The notes: generated from the sequence alone by a model not told the origin. Positions 35,346 to 49,073 are shown, counted from the first letter of the stretch. The stretch: 64,000 bases of DNA from Octopus sinensis (GCF_006345805.1 NC_042999.1:17732001-17796000); one strand, 5' to 3'. A program made the numbers and translations.

Positions 35346-37729
35346 TATGTCTAAAATGATGTATAATATTAATTATAATTATAATAGCATTTTCTTTATC
35401 CTTTCTAATGTAGTATTACTTTAGAGCAGCACTGTGGTATACGCAGCACATAGACGTAGGATCCTAAAAAGCATTGGAGAATATCAGCAGCAAAGCCATC
35501 CAGTGATGAAAATTATCCGGTGATAACGGTGGAATTGCTAAATCTGGATTTCTGCGTATTTGCGCATCAACAGTATCAAGCAACGTCTAACAACCTGATA
35601 CTTAAACAAATTTAAGCACTGCTGTTTGAGAAAAAACAGTAATTAAAGATTTGCAGCTGTTACAAATAGATGGTAGGCTCTCAGAAACATGTCATACATT
35701 TCTTCGCAGTGTATCTGAAGAGAAAATGAGATCGCATTTGCGAAAGTAAGAAACACCTGAGTCCAAATTGATATTTCAAAAACGCAATCATCAAAACAAG
35801 TTCCACAGATTCGTAATAATTTTGTGCACATCACTTTCACTACCGAACACTAAGAGTGTGTAAAGTAGAAAAAAATGACATTCATGATAATTCAAAAATT
35901 ATTAATATGCCATTATCTAATACAACACTGTGCTAAAGCAGACAGAAGAGATTATATATTACAGTAAAAATATAAGTCTAATCGGGAATAACATCAAAGC
36001 AACAACAGCATCGAAATTAAATACTAATGACAGAGCAGCGGTAATCATGATTTCTTATGCTAAGCATTTGCTCCTCAAGCAACAAAGCCATGAATAATCA
36101 ATGATGCTAAATCATACACAGCGGATTTTTATGATTATACACTGAAAATGGGGCATAAATATCGGTGTAGTTATGGATAAGTGTAGCTGAAGGTAGCTTG
36201 TGACTACGTAGTCGCAAATTCGAATCCGTGCATGTCATGTGTGAGTAATTTCTGGTGTACCTTATGTGTTGTCCATTTTTTGTAGATGGAAACTTTTTTT
36301 AAGCGTTCCTTATGGGTGTATATATATATATATATTACTTTGTCTCTCTCTTTCTCTATCTCCCTTGTTTTTTTTTTTTGTATTTTTGCATTTATATTCG
36401 TGTAACATCGTCTGGTTTTCCGTCCTTGTTTTCGTATACATTCAATGCTTTTTTCGAAGGAATCTAATGCTCTTGGTTTAGTTTTTCCATGGGGTTGGCC
36501 AGATTGGAGAAATCTCAAGATTAATCAGCCGAAATTGCGAGGATGATCCGGTTCTTGATTGCAGATAAAAGACTTGACCAAAATACGGAATGGGGTGTCC
36601 CATTATGGATGCATTTGAATGTAACAGATAAAAGTTAAAATATAGCCTCTGCTGTCATGCATTTTGTAGCTCAAATATCCTACACTAGTTCTTATTTTAT
36701 CATTATCATTTCATCATTATCATTATCATTACCTATCAATTTGTTTCTGATTCTGCTTAAATATCGAGGAAAATGTAATCTTCCAATTCCACCCACAGTA
36801 AATGGTTTCAGAGTACTTTCGAAGATATTTATACGAATTTATTGATATGCACTAATGTGTAAAGCGAATTAATAATGATTAAATGTTCAGGCTTCTTGAA
36901 ACCACCTTTCTTTGTAAATAGACAAAACTTTTCTTGTCTAGTACGACCTTCAATGAGAATGGTTACATTTTTCATGAATATACTCTTGTGGTATCCTCAT
37001 TGCCGTTTTAGAACAAACATGGAACTAGTGTGAAGAAAGTTCTGGAAACGATAGTATTTTAATCAAAACACAGTATTCTCAAGTACCCAATATTAATCAT
37101 ACTTTAATTTGTTAGAATGAAGCAAATATAATAATTGATTTGTCGGAATGTATTAACGAGTACATTAATAAATTCAAAACCTATAGAGCAATGTAACTTC
37201 TGAAATGATTATTCTGTAAAATTCTGACCATTTGGTCTCAACGCATTCACCATGAGCTACAATGTGGATGTTCACTCATTCTTAAAAGCTATTTGATTGC
37301 GCAAATTTAATGGACGAATGGCTTGTGGCTGTAGTGATATGAATGTAAACCACTTAGTTCTTATTAAATGGTCAAAATTATAGAGACTGTTGATTTAATC
37401 GAAATACATTGATTAAAATTTCTCATGCATTACAATGGAATTTTGCTACGTTCTTTTTCATTAGGATAAATCCTGCTTCCAATGAACTTTATTGTAACGT
37501 AGTTGGAGGATTCGGTGCAAGTTCGACACGTATCTTGTACAAGAGATTTAAGTGATAATCACATCGCAAAATACGTTTATATTTCTCTATAATAATTTAT
37601 AGATCTCTAAGCATAAACATGTTTGTACTGTATTAATTTGGTGAAAGGTATTTCGGCAATACAATCCTGAAGTAAGCAATAATAAATCGCTGAACGAGGT
37701 ATAAGCAGTAGCTGCTCGACAATGTAAAG

Positions 37730-37840
37730 TATATTTGCCACTTAAATGTGGCTAACCACTAAGGGTGTCATGCTACTGTAGCTTATAGCCCCAGGAAATC
37801 ATCTCTTCCATCTGGCTATTGACACTCTTTCTGTGCCCTA
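37730..37840 (+). repeat. Diverged copy of the T module of the 39.6-40.3 kb fold-back
   Basis: atatttgcca..tggctaacc..atgctactgtag..ccccagga..tccatctggcta..gacact. Confidence 0.75.
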
Positions 37841-38084
37841 TATGCAAACTTGAAACTAAGTGTTCCATAATATATCGGTTACTCATAAAGCTAAACATGT
37901 TTATGAAGTCCCTTACTTTCCTTCGAATTCACATCGTTTAGTCCATCGTGAAGTTTTTCTCAATCGCAAATTCTTGATTTTCTTTCAATGGCTGCTATTC
38001 TATGAACGGTTGTTTCTTATTTCAGACGAAATCTTCCCAGTTACGGATATCTTGGTCTATACCGCCGTACTACTGTAAAATTCG

Positions 38085-38240
38085 TTGCGAATGCCGTCTC
38101 TGATACCACACCGGATATTACCTTCGTCTGTGGACACTGCTCACGGACCTGCCTTTCCCATATTGGACTTGTCAGTCATGAGCGTGCATGCACGCAACGT
38201 GGAGAGCCTTCCTGATCTTCGTTCGCGAAACCGAGCAATG
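38085..38240 (+). mobile_element. RTE/BovB-like LINE 3' end (C-terminal zinc finger and (GAT)n tail)
   Basis: FVCGHCSRTCLSHIGLVSHERAC then stop at 38213-38215 and atgatgatg. Confidence 0.85.
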
Positions 38241-38739
38241 ATGATGACTGTAAAATTCATTGTAAATTTAATCCTAGTAAAAGAACTTGGAAAAAATGTT
38301 TTTCATTGAAGTGTGGTATGGTGTCTCGACACATTTTCAACTGATAAGGGAGGATTAAAGGTTCCTAGATTTGAGTAAAATAAACTGATGGAGGATAAGT
38401 TCAATATCACTTTATTCATCACACTTATTGCAGCTGTTCTTCAGTTTTTCTAAGCCCTGTAGAAGAACTCGAATGTTTCAGTCACGACCAAGACTTTGCG
38501 AACTCTTAAAACTAGGAACATTTTAGCAATTCACCGTAAGCAAAAAAATTCACCGAAAAAACTTTTACAGATTGAAATATTTCTCAAATATATGTGAACA
38601 GGTCTGAAGTTTGTTCACTGTTAGTCAATGCTTCGCTATCCTATCATACATTCTTTGCAATTTTATATGATATGAATGTTCTATATGTATATACTTTAAC
38701 AATATGTATTGCTTATTGTCAATTAATATATAATATTTC

Positions 38740-38955
38740 ATTGTGTCAGGGGAGTGTCATTTTCTTTTGAAAGATTTTCTTTTGAAACAAAAGGAAACGC
38801 AGTGTAAATAACGAACAGAGTCAAAACAATTGATAAGGTCGCAAGACGCAACGAAAATTTTCGGACAATAAAAATAAGAAAATCGTGAAAATTTTACCGG
38901 TGAGTGTGTTACATAATAAGGCACAAAAAAGGAAATGACTCTCCCCAGACACAAT
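38740..38955. mobile_element. MITE with ~28 bp TIRs
   Basis: attgtgtcaggggagtgtcattttcttttg / caaaaaaggaaatgactctccccagacacaat. Confidence 0.75.
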
Positions 38956-39355
38956 AGAATATGCTTCAACACACGAACTTATACAAAGAATCTTGCAAAC
39001 CAAATCCCAGAACGAAATTCAATATTTTACACATGGTTTTAAATTTGCACATGCACTTAGATAACATCGACAGGTATTTGTGGATCCTAGATTACGTATT
39101 TTAATTTTTGAAAACCATTCATGTTCACATAGCATTCTTGGTAATCGAGGCATGTAGAAAATACCTACGAGTATCGTAAATCTGTAGGAATTTTTATTTC
39201 ATACTTTTAAATTCTTATCTCAGTTTTAGAACAATGAACTTGATTTATGTCAATGCATACGGATAAGAAGCGGTTTTACCAAACCATTAAATTACAAGTA
39301 TTACAGTACTTTATCAGCGTGACACTGCTTTTACTGTCTTCAAAATGTACTCACT

Positions 39356-39575
39356 CTTTTACTCTTTTACTTGTTTCAGTCATTTGACTGTGGCCAATTT
39401 GGAGCACCGCCTTTAGTCGAGCAAATCGAACCCAGGACTTATTCTTTGTAACCCTAGTACTTATACTATCGTTTACTGTTGCCGAACTGCTAAGTTACGG
39501 GGATGTAAACACACCAGCGATGTTGGGAGGACAAACACAGACACACACACATACATACGTACATACATACATATA
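39356..39575 (-). mobile_element. SINE family 1, 3' half
   Basis: Ends in the internal CA/TA tract; the matching 5' half is at 40870-41042. Confidence 0.85.
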
Positions 39576-39583
39576 TATATTAT

Positions 39584-40345
39584 AATGATAAATCTCAGAG
39601 CGAGTTATAAACAGTAGCGGTAACACATCGTGACGCATATTTGCCATTTCATTTGAATATGGCTAACCCCTAACGGTGGATGCTACTGTAGTTTGTAGAC
39701 CCAGGAAAATATCTCCTCCAGCTGGCTATAGACACTATCTGTGTCCTCTCAGTATTTGTGAAGGGGAGTCATCCTCCCCGTCTTCAACTCATGATACACA
39801 CGGACCCGAGTTTCAAGGTGTTTACGTTTCATCAGCGTGTGACAATTATGGTTGTCGACGAGAAGTCGGCTCCCTTCACAAATACATATACTTTTTCCAG
39901 TGTCGATTGATACTGATAGTGTGTCTATAGCCAGCTGGAGGAGATATCTTCCTGGGGCTACAAACTACAGTAGCATCCAGCCTTAGGGGTTAGCCATATT
40001 CAAATGGCAAATACTGTTTATATCTCGCTCTGAGATGTATCATTGTTTGATTTCACTTTTTCAATATCAGTGTCAATCGACACTGGAAAAATTATATGTA
40101 TTTGTGAAGGGAGCTGACTTCTCGTCGACAACCATGATTGTCACACGCTGATGAAACGTAAACACCTTGAAAATCGGGTCCGTGTGTATCATGAGTTGAA
40201 GACGGGGAGGATGACTCCCCTTCACAAATACTGAGAGGACACAGATAGTGTGTCTTTAGCCAGCTGGAGGAGATATCTTCCTGGGTCTACAAACTACAGT
40301 AGCATCCACCGTTAGGGGTTAGCCATATTCAAATGGCAAATATGC
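39584..40345. repeat. Complex fold-back: 280 bp inverted arms enclosing an extra inverted module
   Basis: 39635-39917 mirrors 40066-40345; 39915-40044 mirrors 39584-39739. Confidence 0.92.
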
Positions 40346-40401
40346 CTCACTATATATTATATATATATAATATATAATATATATATATATTATAACATAT
40401 C

Positions 40402-40445
<44 letters not shown>

Positions 40446-40687
40446 CTATATATATATATATATATATATACATATATAATATATACATACATATATATAT
40501 CATTATATATATATATATACATACATATATATATATATACATACATATATTATATACATACATATATAATATATATATATATATATATATAAATGGCGGT
40601 GCCCCAGCATGGCCACAGCTCATTAAGCTGAAACTAGAATCAATCAATCAATCAATCATATATATATATATATATATATTATATATA

Positions 40688-40778
<91 letters not shown>

Positions 40779-40869
40779 ACTAAGCAATAAAGGGTTTAGC
40801 AACGAATTGCCTTACCACATACCGAATTTAGAATAGCAGTCAAAGAGTTATAGCTATTTCTCTACTATA

Positions 40870-41042
40870 GTATATATATATACGGCGGGCTTCTTTCAGT
40901 TTCCGTCTACCAAATCCATTCATAAGGCTTTAGTCGACCCGAGGCTATAGTAGAAGAGATTTGCCCAAGGTGCCAGGCAGTGGGACTGAACCTGGAAACT
41001 TGTGGTTGGTAAGCAAGTTATTTACCACACAGCCACTCCTGC
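40870..41042 (-). mobile_element. SINE family 1, 5' half
   Basis: gggcttctttcagtttccgtctacc...ccacacagccactcct. Confidence 0.87.
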
Positions 41043-41330
41043 GTCACAACAAGTCACATTCTTTAAATTCAAGAGAAGTTTAACTTCAAATGTTCACTAC
41101 TTTAGGACCTGATCCATCAAGTAAATTTTGCAACCCTATCATAAGAATAGCAGAAACTTAATATCACAGCTCAGAATTCTCTACTGGCAACAGTTGAAAG
41201 ATTTATATATTTTATATAAATCCCTGATGGTTTTGCGGTTTTTTTTATCATGAAACTAGTGTCAAAATAAAGAACACGTTTCCCAACGGAGACTTACGTG
41301 CATCTCACATTCAAAGATATTTCAAAATAT

Positions 41331-41532
41331 ATTTCTTTACTACCCACAAGGGGCTAAACACAGAGGGGACAAACAAGGACAGACAAACGGATTAAGTCGA
41401 TTACATCGACCCCGGTGCGTAACTGGTACTTACTTTATCGATCCCGAAAGGATGAACTCGGAACGTAAAGACAGACGAAATACGGCTACGCATTTCGCCC
41501 CGCGTGCTAAAGTTTCTGCCAGCTCGCCGCCT
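41331..41532 (-). mobile_element. SINE family 2 with internal deletion
   Basis: Matches 10142 but lacks ~25 nt after gaaaggatgaa. Confidence 0.87.
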
Positions 41533-42304
41533 TCATGCTATTTCAAAATACTTAAGACCTATTTACCATGTCCTCCCGTTCAGCGTACACTTGATTTCTT
41601 GCCATGTACAAGAGTTTGCACAATATTTATTGAATCACTCGTACAGATGAAAATATATACTGGTAACGGAAAACAATTCAGCATCATTAATACACTCAAA
41701 TACATAACCACATGTAGCGTTATAATGGCACTTCTGCTCTTGAAATATCACAATTTTTTGACCTGCAATGCAGATGCTAATGTTTATAAACTTAGAAGAT
41801 CATATATTTTGTAAGTAAAACTATATACTTTAAAACAATATATTGTGTTGTAATGCATACGTATATCCCTAAAGCAATATTAACAACGGTATATTTCAAG
41901 ATATTTCGTACCTACGAAATATATTAACATGGAAATCAAAATTTATAAAGTTTATAAAATTTTACTTCAAAATTTTAGTTGAATATATTGCATTAAAGCA
42001 TTAGCACATTCAAATAGAAAATCCTAAGATATCGCCATAAAAAGGTTAATATTTACAAGCGTGTATATACTTAGAATTACCTAGGTATACGTATATAGAT
42101 ACATACATTCATACATACGTGCACGCTCACGCACAACACACATATACATACGAGAGTGTGTATGTGTGTAAACGTATGTGTGTATGAGTAAGTATACATT
42201 TATAAATGTCTATGAATATAAACACATCCATATATATGTATGATGCGTGTGTATGCGTGAATATATATATATATATATATGTGTGCGTGTGTGTGTGTGT
42301 GTGT

Positions 42305-42572
42305 GTGGAGGCACATCGCCTAGTGGTTAGAGCAGCGGATTCGTGGTCGGGGAATCACGGGTTCGAAATCTCAGACCGGGCGACGTGTGTGTTTATGAGC
42401 GAAACCCCAAAGCTACACGCGGCTCCGACAGAAGGTAATGGCGAACTTCTGCTGACTCTTTCGCCACAAATTTTTCTCACTCATTCCTCCTGCATCTTGC
42501 AGCTCACCTGCGACCGCCTGGCTTCCCGTCCAGCTGGGAACCTATACGCCAAGGAAACCGGGAAATAGGCCA
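42305..42572 (+). mobile_element. SINE family 3c
   Basis: tRNA head gtggaggcacatcgcctagtggttagag..gggttcgaaatc; tail ggaacctatacgccaaggaaaccggg. Confidence 0.82.
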
Positions 42573-42589
42573 TTATATATATATATGTG

Positions 42590-42795
42590 TGTTTTTTTAT
42601 TAGCCACACAGGGCTGCACGCAGACGGGACAGATTACAAAGTAGAGCTTTTCTTTTGGGGGAGAGAAAAAAATGAGGTGTAGGTTTTCGATCAAAAGGGA
42701 TCGTAAAAGGGAAAGAAAAAAAGGAAAGAAAAAAGAAAAAACAAGAAAAAAGGCAAGGAAAAAATAATCAATAGGGATTGTGTATCACAGAAATG
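42590..42795 (-). mobile_element. Second copy of the 33560-type retroposon end
   Basis: gggacagattacaaagtagagcttttc and gtaggttttcgatcaaaa are reverse complements of parts of 33670-33760. Confidence 0.8.
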
Positions 42796-44435
42796 TCATG
42801 ATGTGAAGTGTAAAGGGGGTAGCAGATAGATAGATAGATAGATACATAGATAGATAGATAGATAGGTAGATAGTATGGCTTTAGAAAATATGTGTTATTG
42901 AAGAAGCGGAGCAAAGCCTTAATAAACAGTGAAGTGGTGTGAAAAAAAAAAAAAACTATAAAATTGGAAACAAACGCATCAGGATCTCTGTTACCTGACA
43001 TCGCAGCAATACCTATAACGTTGCTAAGTTTCAAAGAAAGATGTAGGTAAAATGGCATTTATATTTCTCTTCATAAAAAAAAAACAATTCGTTTTACCGG
43101 AAATATATTTAAATATTATAACTCGTGTAACTATTCTTGCTGATCGTTGAAAGAGTTAATTAAATTTCAACGTGTTAGTAGCGCGTTGCAAAAAAAAGAC
43201 AAAACATATATGCCAGAATTTTTAAAGTACTTACATAAACAATGATTAAAATGGTACAAGTACATAAAGAAGAAAAAATATTTTCTATTTGAAAATAATT
43301 GTATTCATCTTTTGTTTATGCTCTAGAAATAAAATCTATTCCATAATACAAGGCTTCCTATGGTGCATTGTTTATTTTCCTGTTTCATATGTGTTATAAT
43401 GTCTTCCTGGAAGCAATGAGGTTTAGAATTACCAAAGCGTCCAGAAAAATATTTTGGATTATTTCGTCTAGTTTTGTGAAGGTTCGTTTTTCACAAACGA
43501 TCGATTTTACAAGAATTTTGTCTGAAATATGATCATATCAAACTTGTAGAGATATCTCTTCAATGGAGCACAATTCAACTTTGTCCTGGAATTTCCAATG
43601 GTGGCACAATTTCCAAATTCTTTGAGACATTGACCGTTCTTAGACCATTAACGGTGGCCTAAAACTGGGGGATCAGTTATACGGGTAATTTTAGGGGCAG
43701 GCCATAGAAAAAGCATTTCTATGGCCTACATCCTGAGAATATAGAAAAACAGTTAATGCACCCTAATTGGTTTCGCCAGTAATAGCGATGCTAACTAATT
43801 TTCTCAATTTTTTTTTTTATGATTTAGTTTTCTCCGGTTTAAACATATTTGTGTTCTTTTTCTGAAGCAATGCCTCTTATGCATTTCCTTACTATAAGGT
43901 GTGCGATCCCCAATGAGTTTTACTTTCTTTTAACAAACATTTGAACAAACAGAACTATTATGTTGCTCAATCATATTGTTATTTCTGAGGTGCCTTGAAT
44001 GCTAATACATACTGTACACTCGTTGTAGGTTTAAAGCGTTTTCTGTTGCAACGGCCATAATTTTCTTAAATATGCGGGTGTATAATAATGCTACTTTTTG
44101 TATAGGATGCATGTATGCAGGTCAAGTAATTACCATTATGTATTCTATCGCATGTTTCTACATATACAACGCGAGAGATTTCAGAAATAATTCTGAATTT
44201 TTATTTCTATTTCAACATCTTCAGTTTTAGAAATTTCTCTCCCTTCTTTGTACAATGAGAACATGTTTATTTCCTGGTTTTACTATTGTTAATTTTCTTA
44301 TGTCCGGTGAAATGGACTGTTATCCTGATTTAGGATGACCCACTCAAGGGAATCTAATCATGGAGGTATTATGAACGAGTATTTCCTCCATCAGAATAAA
44401 TATCAAAGTGACAGACGAAGGTCCATGCTCATTTG

Positions 44436-44740
44436 TATTGGGTTGTCCGGAAAGTTCGTTCCGATTTTTTAAAGGAAATAAACAGGTCAATAAATACTTA
44501 CCATTACATTTTTAATCAACCAAATATGAACCATTTTGTTGCACTTTCTTATCTTCTTAAACGGGTTACATAATTAACACAGGTTATAGGAACATCAACC
44601 TTCTTCCACGAAAATATAACTTAAACTGTGCTCTAAATGGAGGCGTAGTTAAATCATATTTTAAGGACTCAAACATGTTCTAAAATAAGTCGTAAGGTAA
44701 GCTACTATAAATCGGCACGAAATTTCCGGACAACCCAATA
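44436..44740 (-). mobile_element. Mariner-derived MITE (same family as 22740)
   Basis: TIRs ttgggttgtccggaaa / tttccggacaacccaa, TA TSD, larger internal deletion. Confidence 0.9.
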
Positions 44741-45850
44741 GATTCAAGGAAAATAAACCGCTGCTGCTCATTCTATAAACCAAAGCAAAATATAATTATC
44801 AGACATATTAACAACATTGCAAGGTAATCGGAAGGAGTCAGAAGCATGACCACATGGAAAAGATGTAGGGGTGTATCTAGAAAGAGATTGGGACAGCTGT
44901 CGATAGATGTCACATCCTAAAAGTTTGCGGGTTCCACTGTTTGGGAAACACTGGGAAGAAAATTGGGATAGGTTGCTAAAACGAAAGAAACATATTTGTC
45001 ATTGCAGATGCTGCAAAGTATAAATTTAAAAAAAAAACACACTCCTCACAACCAAAGACATTCGCGTGGTCGTTGATGTAGGTATTTTATCATAGTACAA
45101 TATACTGTACGCTACTAGGCACGTATGCAACTGCATCACATTTGGTTGAACTGCTTGTTCATTTCCCTGTGGATTCTAACGACCACTATTTTCTCTCGGA
45201 AACGTAGCATTTATGATTCACTTTATGTCATGTGTAGAAGAATACATAGTGTGGGGAAGCAGTAAGAATATAGCACTAAAAATTGCAAAACATCAAGGCC
45301 AGAAGGAACAGAAGTAGATGTGAATGAATGATTGTAGACATATGAAGAAATCATGCAGTTTCTATCTTGGGGCAAATATCACGTCTGTTTTCGCTGCTGC
45401 GTCATCTGTCGCAACTCCTCGGATAACCTGGGCCCGATTAAATAGAAAATATAAGTAAGATACGTCCATAAAATATTCTACAGAACCATCCATAAACATC
45501 TATATCAAGATGACAAAGTTGATGCTTGTCGCTTCTTGATTTACCAAGAACCGAAATGCTCGAAAGCACCTTTAATACTGAGTGACTGTAATAAACAAGG
45601 TGAAAGAATTTCTTGTCGGCAAGGTGCATTCAGCTAATCTCTTTGTATATATGTGTGCGTATGTATTATAGATGCATGCATGCAAATATATACGTTAAAG
45701 TTTTAATATAATTTAGTGCATTGCTTTAGATCTTGACAACATTCATTTATGTAAATCATATAGAGAAGTATATCATGCGTGATTGTCCGGCCAGTTGTTA
45801 GGTGTAACTGCAAATTTTGTGGGATATTCTTGGGTAGACCTAAGACATGC

Positions 45851-46157
45851 TTTATAGGCCTAGTATTTATTCTATTGGTCTCTTTTGCCGAACCGCTACG
45901 TTACAGGACGTAAACACACCAGCGTCGGTTGTCAGTCGATGTTGGGGGAACAAACACAGACACACAAACGTATACGCACACACATACATATATACAACGG
46001 GCTTCTTTCAGTTTCCGTCTACCACATCCACTCACAATGCTTTGGTCGGCCCGAGGCTATAGTAGAAGACACTTGTCCAAGGTGCCACGCAGTGGGACTG
46101 AACCCAGAACCATGTGGTTCGTAAGCAGGCTACTTACCACACAGCCACTCCTATGCC
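45851..46157 (-). mobile_element. SINE family 1 (3' end missing)
   Basis: Match to family 1. Confidence 0.88.
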
Positions 46158-46929
46158 TATGATAGAAATTAGATAGAAATTAAAATTTTCTCTGATTTTA
46201 CTGGCAAAAGAATCTGGAAGATACGAACTTCCAACTCATTACCCACGAATAGATAAACAACTTTAACTTTACATTATTTTCTATAAATCATATTCTTTAA
46301 CACATCATTTACTACTATCTGAAGATTATTCTCCGAAAACATCATCACTATAAAACATTTTCATCTATTGTGAAGCGTATTTTATTTCAGCTTTTGTTAA
46401 TTATGGAGTCGAAGGTAAAATTTTGTGGCGGAAATAAATAAGCTTGTCCTTAATCTTTCTTAATCTTAAGTTTGCCCTTTTCTTTAATCTTTAAACATCA
46501 TTTTTCTTGGTTTGACATTTGATATATTGATATTTTTAGTTACTATTTTTCATTGGATTTTCTCGAATTGCGTTCACGAGCAATGTCACTGTGTCTTAAC
46601 TGATTAATTAGTAATTTTGTAGTAACCAGAGTCGCGTGGTATTCTTCAATTTTGGAGACGTTATACGCTTTCTCTAGTTGTTTTTTTCTCAACTGCTATG
46701 TTTTCATTGGCTGGTTTGGGGTTATACGTTTTATGTTATCGGATGTGTTTTATTTTCAATGCGTATTCTGACTACGCGTTTTATCATTTTAAATTTAGAG
46801 GCCTATATTTTCTTCTTCTTAGCAGTGTTCATTCCCTTGTCATCCAAGCAGGGACGTGGTCTTGCTGCCTGCAGATATCCAGCTGCGCAACAATTTTTCA
46901 TGTAGCTGTGTAAAGTTCTTTAGCCAATA

Positions 46930-47332
46930 GGCGCAGGAGTGGCTGTGTGGTAAGTAGCTTGTTTACCAACCACATGTTTCCGGGTTCAGTCCCTCTGCGT
47001 GGCGCCTTGGGCAAGTGTCTCCTACTATAGCCTTGGGCCGACCAAAGCCTTGTGAGTGGATTTAGTAGACGGAAACTGAAAGAAGCCCGTCGTATGTATG
47101 TATATATATGAGTGTGTGTGTGTTTGTGTGTCTGTGTTGGCCCCCCTAGCATTGCTTGACAACCGATGATGGTGTGTTTATGTCCCCGTTACTTAGCGGT
47201 TCGGCAAAAGAGACCGATAGAAAAAGTACTGGGCTTACAATAGAATAAGTCCCAGGGTCGAGTTGCTCGATTAAAGGCGGTGCTGCAGCATGGCCGCAGT
47301 CAAATGACTGAAACAAGTAAAAGAGTAATAGC
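46930..47332 (+). mobile_element. SINE family 1, full length
   Basis: ggcgcaggagtggctgtgtggtaag...gaaacaagtaaaagagtaa. Confidence 0.9.
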
Positions 47333-47566
47333 CTTGTACTCTATCCGGGCTTGGTCCTTTCCAATTTGCTATCATTTTAAAAATTCTGACTCACTGCATA
47401 TAGATTTATTCTGACGTCCCTTTGTTTTGGTTTAGCTGTAAGTTGCTTTTCCATCTTTCTTAGCCACTCCGCGCTTTCTTTATGTCTGGCTAGCCTGTAC
47501 CACAGACCTCGACATTCTCCACTTTCTTCCACATCTGGGATCAGTTCCTGAATTTATTAGCTATCA

Positions 47567-47756
47567 TTCTTCTTCTTCTTTCTTCTTCTTCTTCTTCTTC
47601 TTCTTCTTCTTCTTCTTCTTCTTCTTCTTCGTCTTCTTCTTCGTCTTCTTCTTCTTCTTGTTCTTCGTCTTCTTCTTCTTGTCTTGTTCTTGTTCTTGTT
47701 CTTCTTCTTCTTCTCGTCGTCGTCGTAGTCGTCATCCTCCTCCTCCTCGTCGTCGC

Positions 47757-47787
<31 letters not shown>

Positions 47788-47790
47788 TTC
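47567..47790. repeat. Compound (TTC)n-(TCG/TCC)n-(TCA)n trinucleotide tract
   Basis: Direct inspection; source of the poly-E/D/R ORFs. Confidence 0.95.
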
Positions 47791-47804
47791 ATCATTGTTT
47801 CTAT

Positions 47805-47985
47805 TGAAGCGGCGCGCTGCCTTAATCGTTTTCGTTCTCGGTTCACACTCCACCGAGATCGACTTCGCTTTTCATCCTTTCGTGGGGTGTATATAAAATT
47901 TGTGAAACGAGGTCGTTCTAATCGATTTTTGTCTTCCTTTGAAATTGCTGGCCTTGTGCCAAAAAATTTCAAAAATCATTATCTG
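47805..47985 (+). mobile_element. SINE family 2, diverged
   Basis: gcggcgcgctgcc...gagatcgacttcgcttttcatccttt...gaaattgctggccttgtgcc. Confidence 0.65.
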
Positions 47986-48688
47986 TTAAGTCATCACTTC
48001 TAAACCCATCAAATTACTTTCACACCGCTTTTGCAATTGGCTGTGCCTCAAAATTCATTACATATCCTGACACGGCCGGTCGTCGTTTTGTTACTGTTTG
48101 ATGTATCAATGAGCATACGTTATTTGTTTCATAGCAGTGTTAGTTTCCTTTTATGCCCACATTGATTTGATTTCTTTCTATAGAGAATTCCATTTGTTTA
48201 TCTTTTGTTTCTATTCACAATAAGTTTCATTCTGGTTTATTTCGTTTGTTCCGAATGTATAGTTCTTTCAAATTTCATGTTTATATATGCTATTTAAATA
48301 ATAACCTCTGTGTAATAATCACAAAGAACAACATATCGCAAGTACAATGTATATCAAATGCTATTTCACGTTTGTTTTGCTTATTTTAGAATATTAAGTA
48401 CAACACTGATTTGTTTATTCTGCGCTCTGTGTTTTTTTTTACATTTTCACCATTTACGCAGTTACTGTATTTTCTTTCACCAATTTATATCGGTCAACTC
48501 TGCGCTGCTAATATATAAGAATCAATTCAGCTTTCGATTCCTAGTGGGCCTTATGACGTACTTCACTGAAATGCTTCGGAGCAAATTTATTTCTCATCGA
48601 AGCCCATGTCCACACAGCGCAGTTGGTCTGACGAATTATTAATATTATTATTATTATTATTATTATAATTATACAGCCTTTTTTTTTT

Positions 48689-49073
48689 TGGAAGCACTCC
48701 GTCGGTTACGACGACGAGGGTTCCGGTTGATCCGAAACAACGGAACAGCCTGCTCGTGAAATTAACGTGCAAGTGGCTGAGCACTCCACAGACACGTGTA
48801 CCCTTAACGTAGTTCTCGGGGATATTCAGCGTGACACAGAGAGTGACAAGGCCGGCCCTTTGAAATACAGGTACAACAGAAACAGGAAGTAAGAGTGAGA
48901 GAAAGTTGTGGTGAAAGAGTACAGCAGGGGTCACCACCATCCCCTGTCGGAGCCTCGTGGAGCTTTAGGTGTTTTCGCTCAATAAACACTCACAACGCCC
49001 GGTCTGGGAATCGAAACCGCGATCCTACGACCGCGAGTCCGCTGCCCTAACCACTGGGCCATTGCGCCTCCAC
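48689..49073 (-). mobile_element. SINE family 3a, young full-length copy
   Basis: Near-identical to 27775 and 57290. Confidence 0.92.

Noticed and set aside
40149-40165. CTGATGAAACGTA as an HHR
   Set aside because: Core and GAAA overlap with no stem II; coincidental within the fold-back arm
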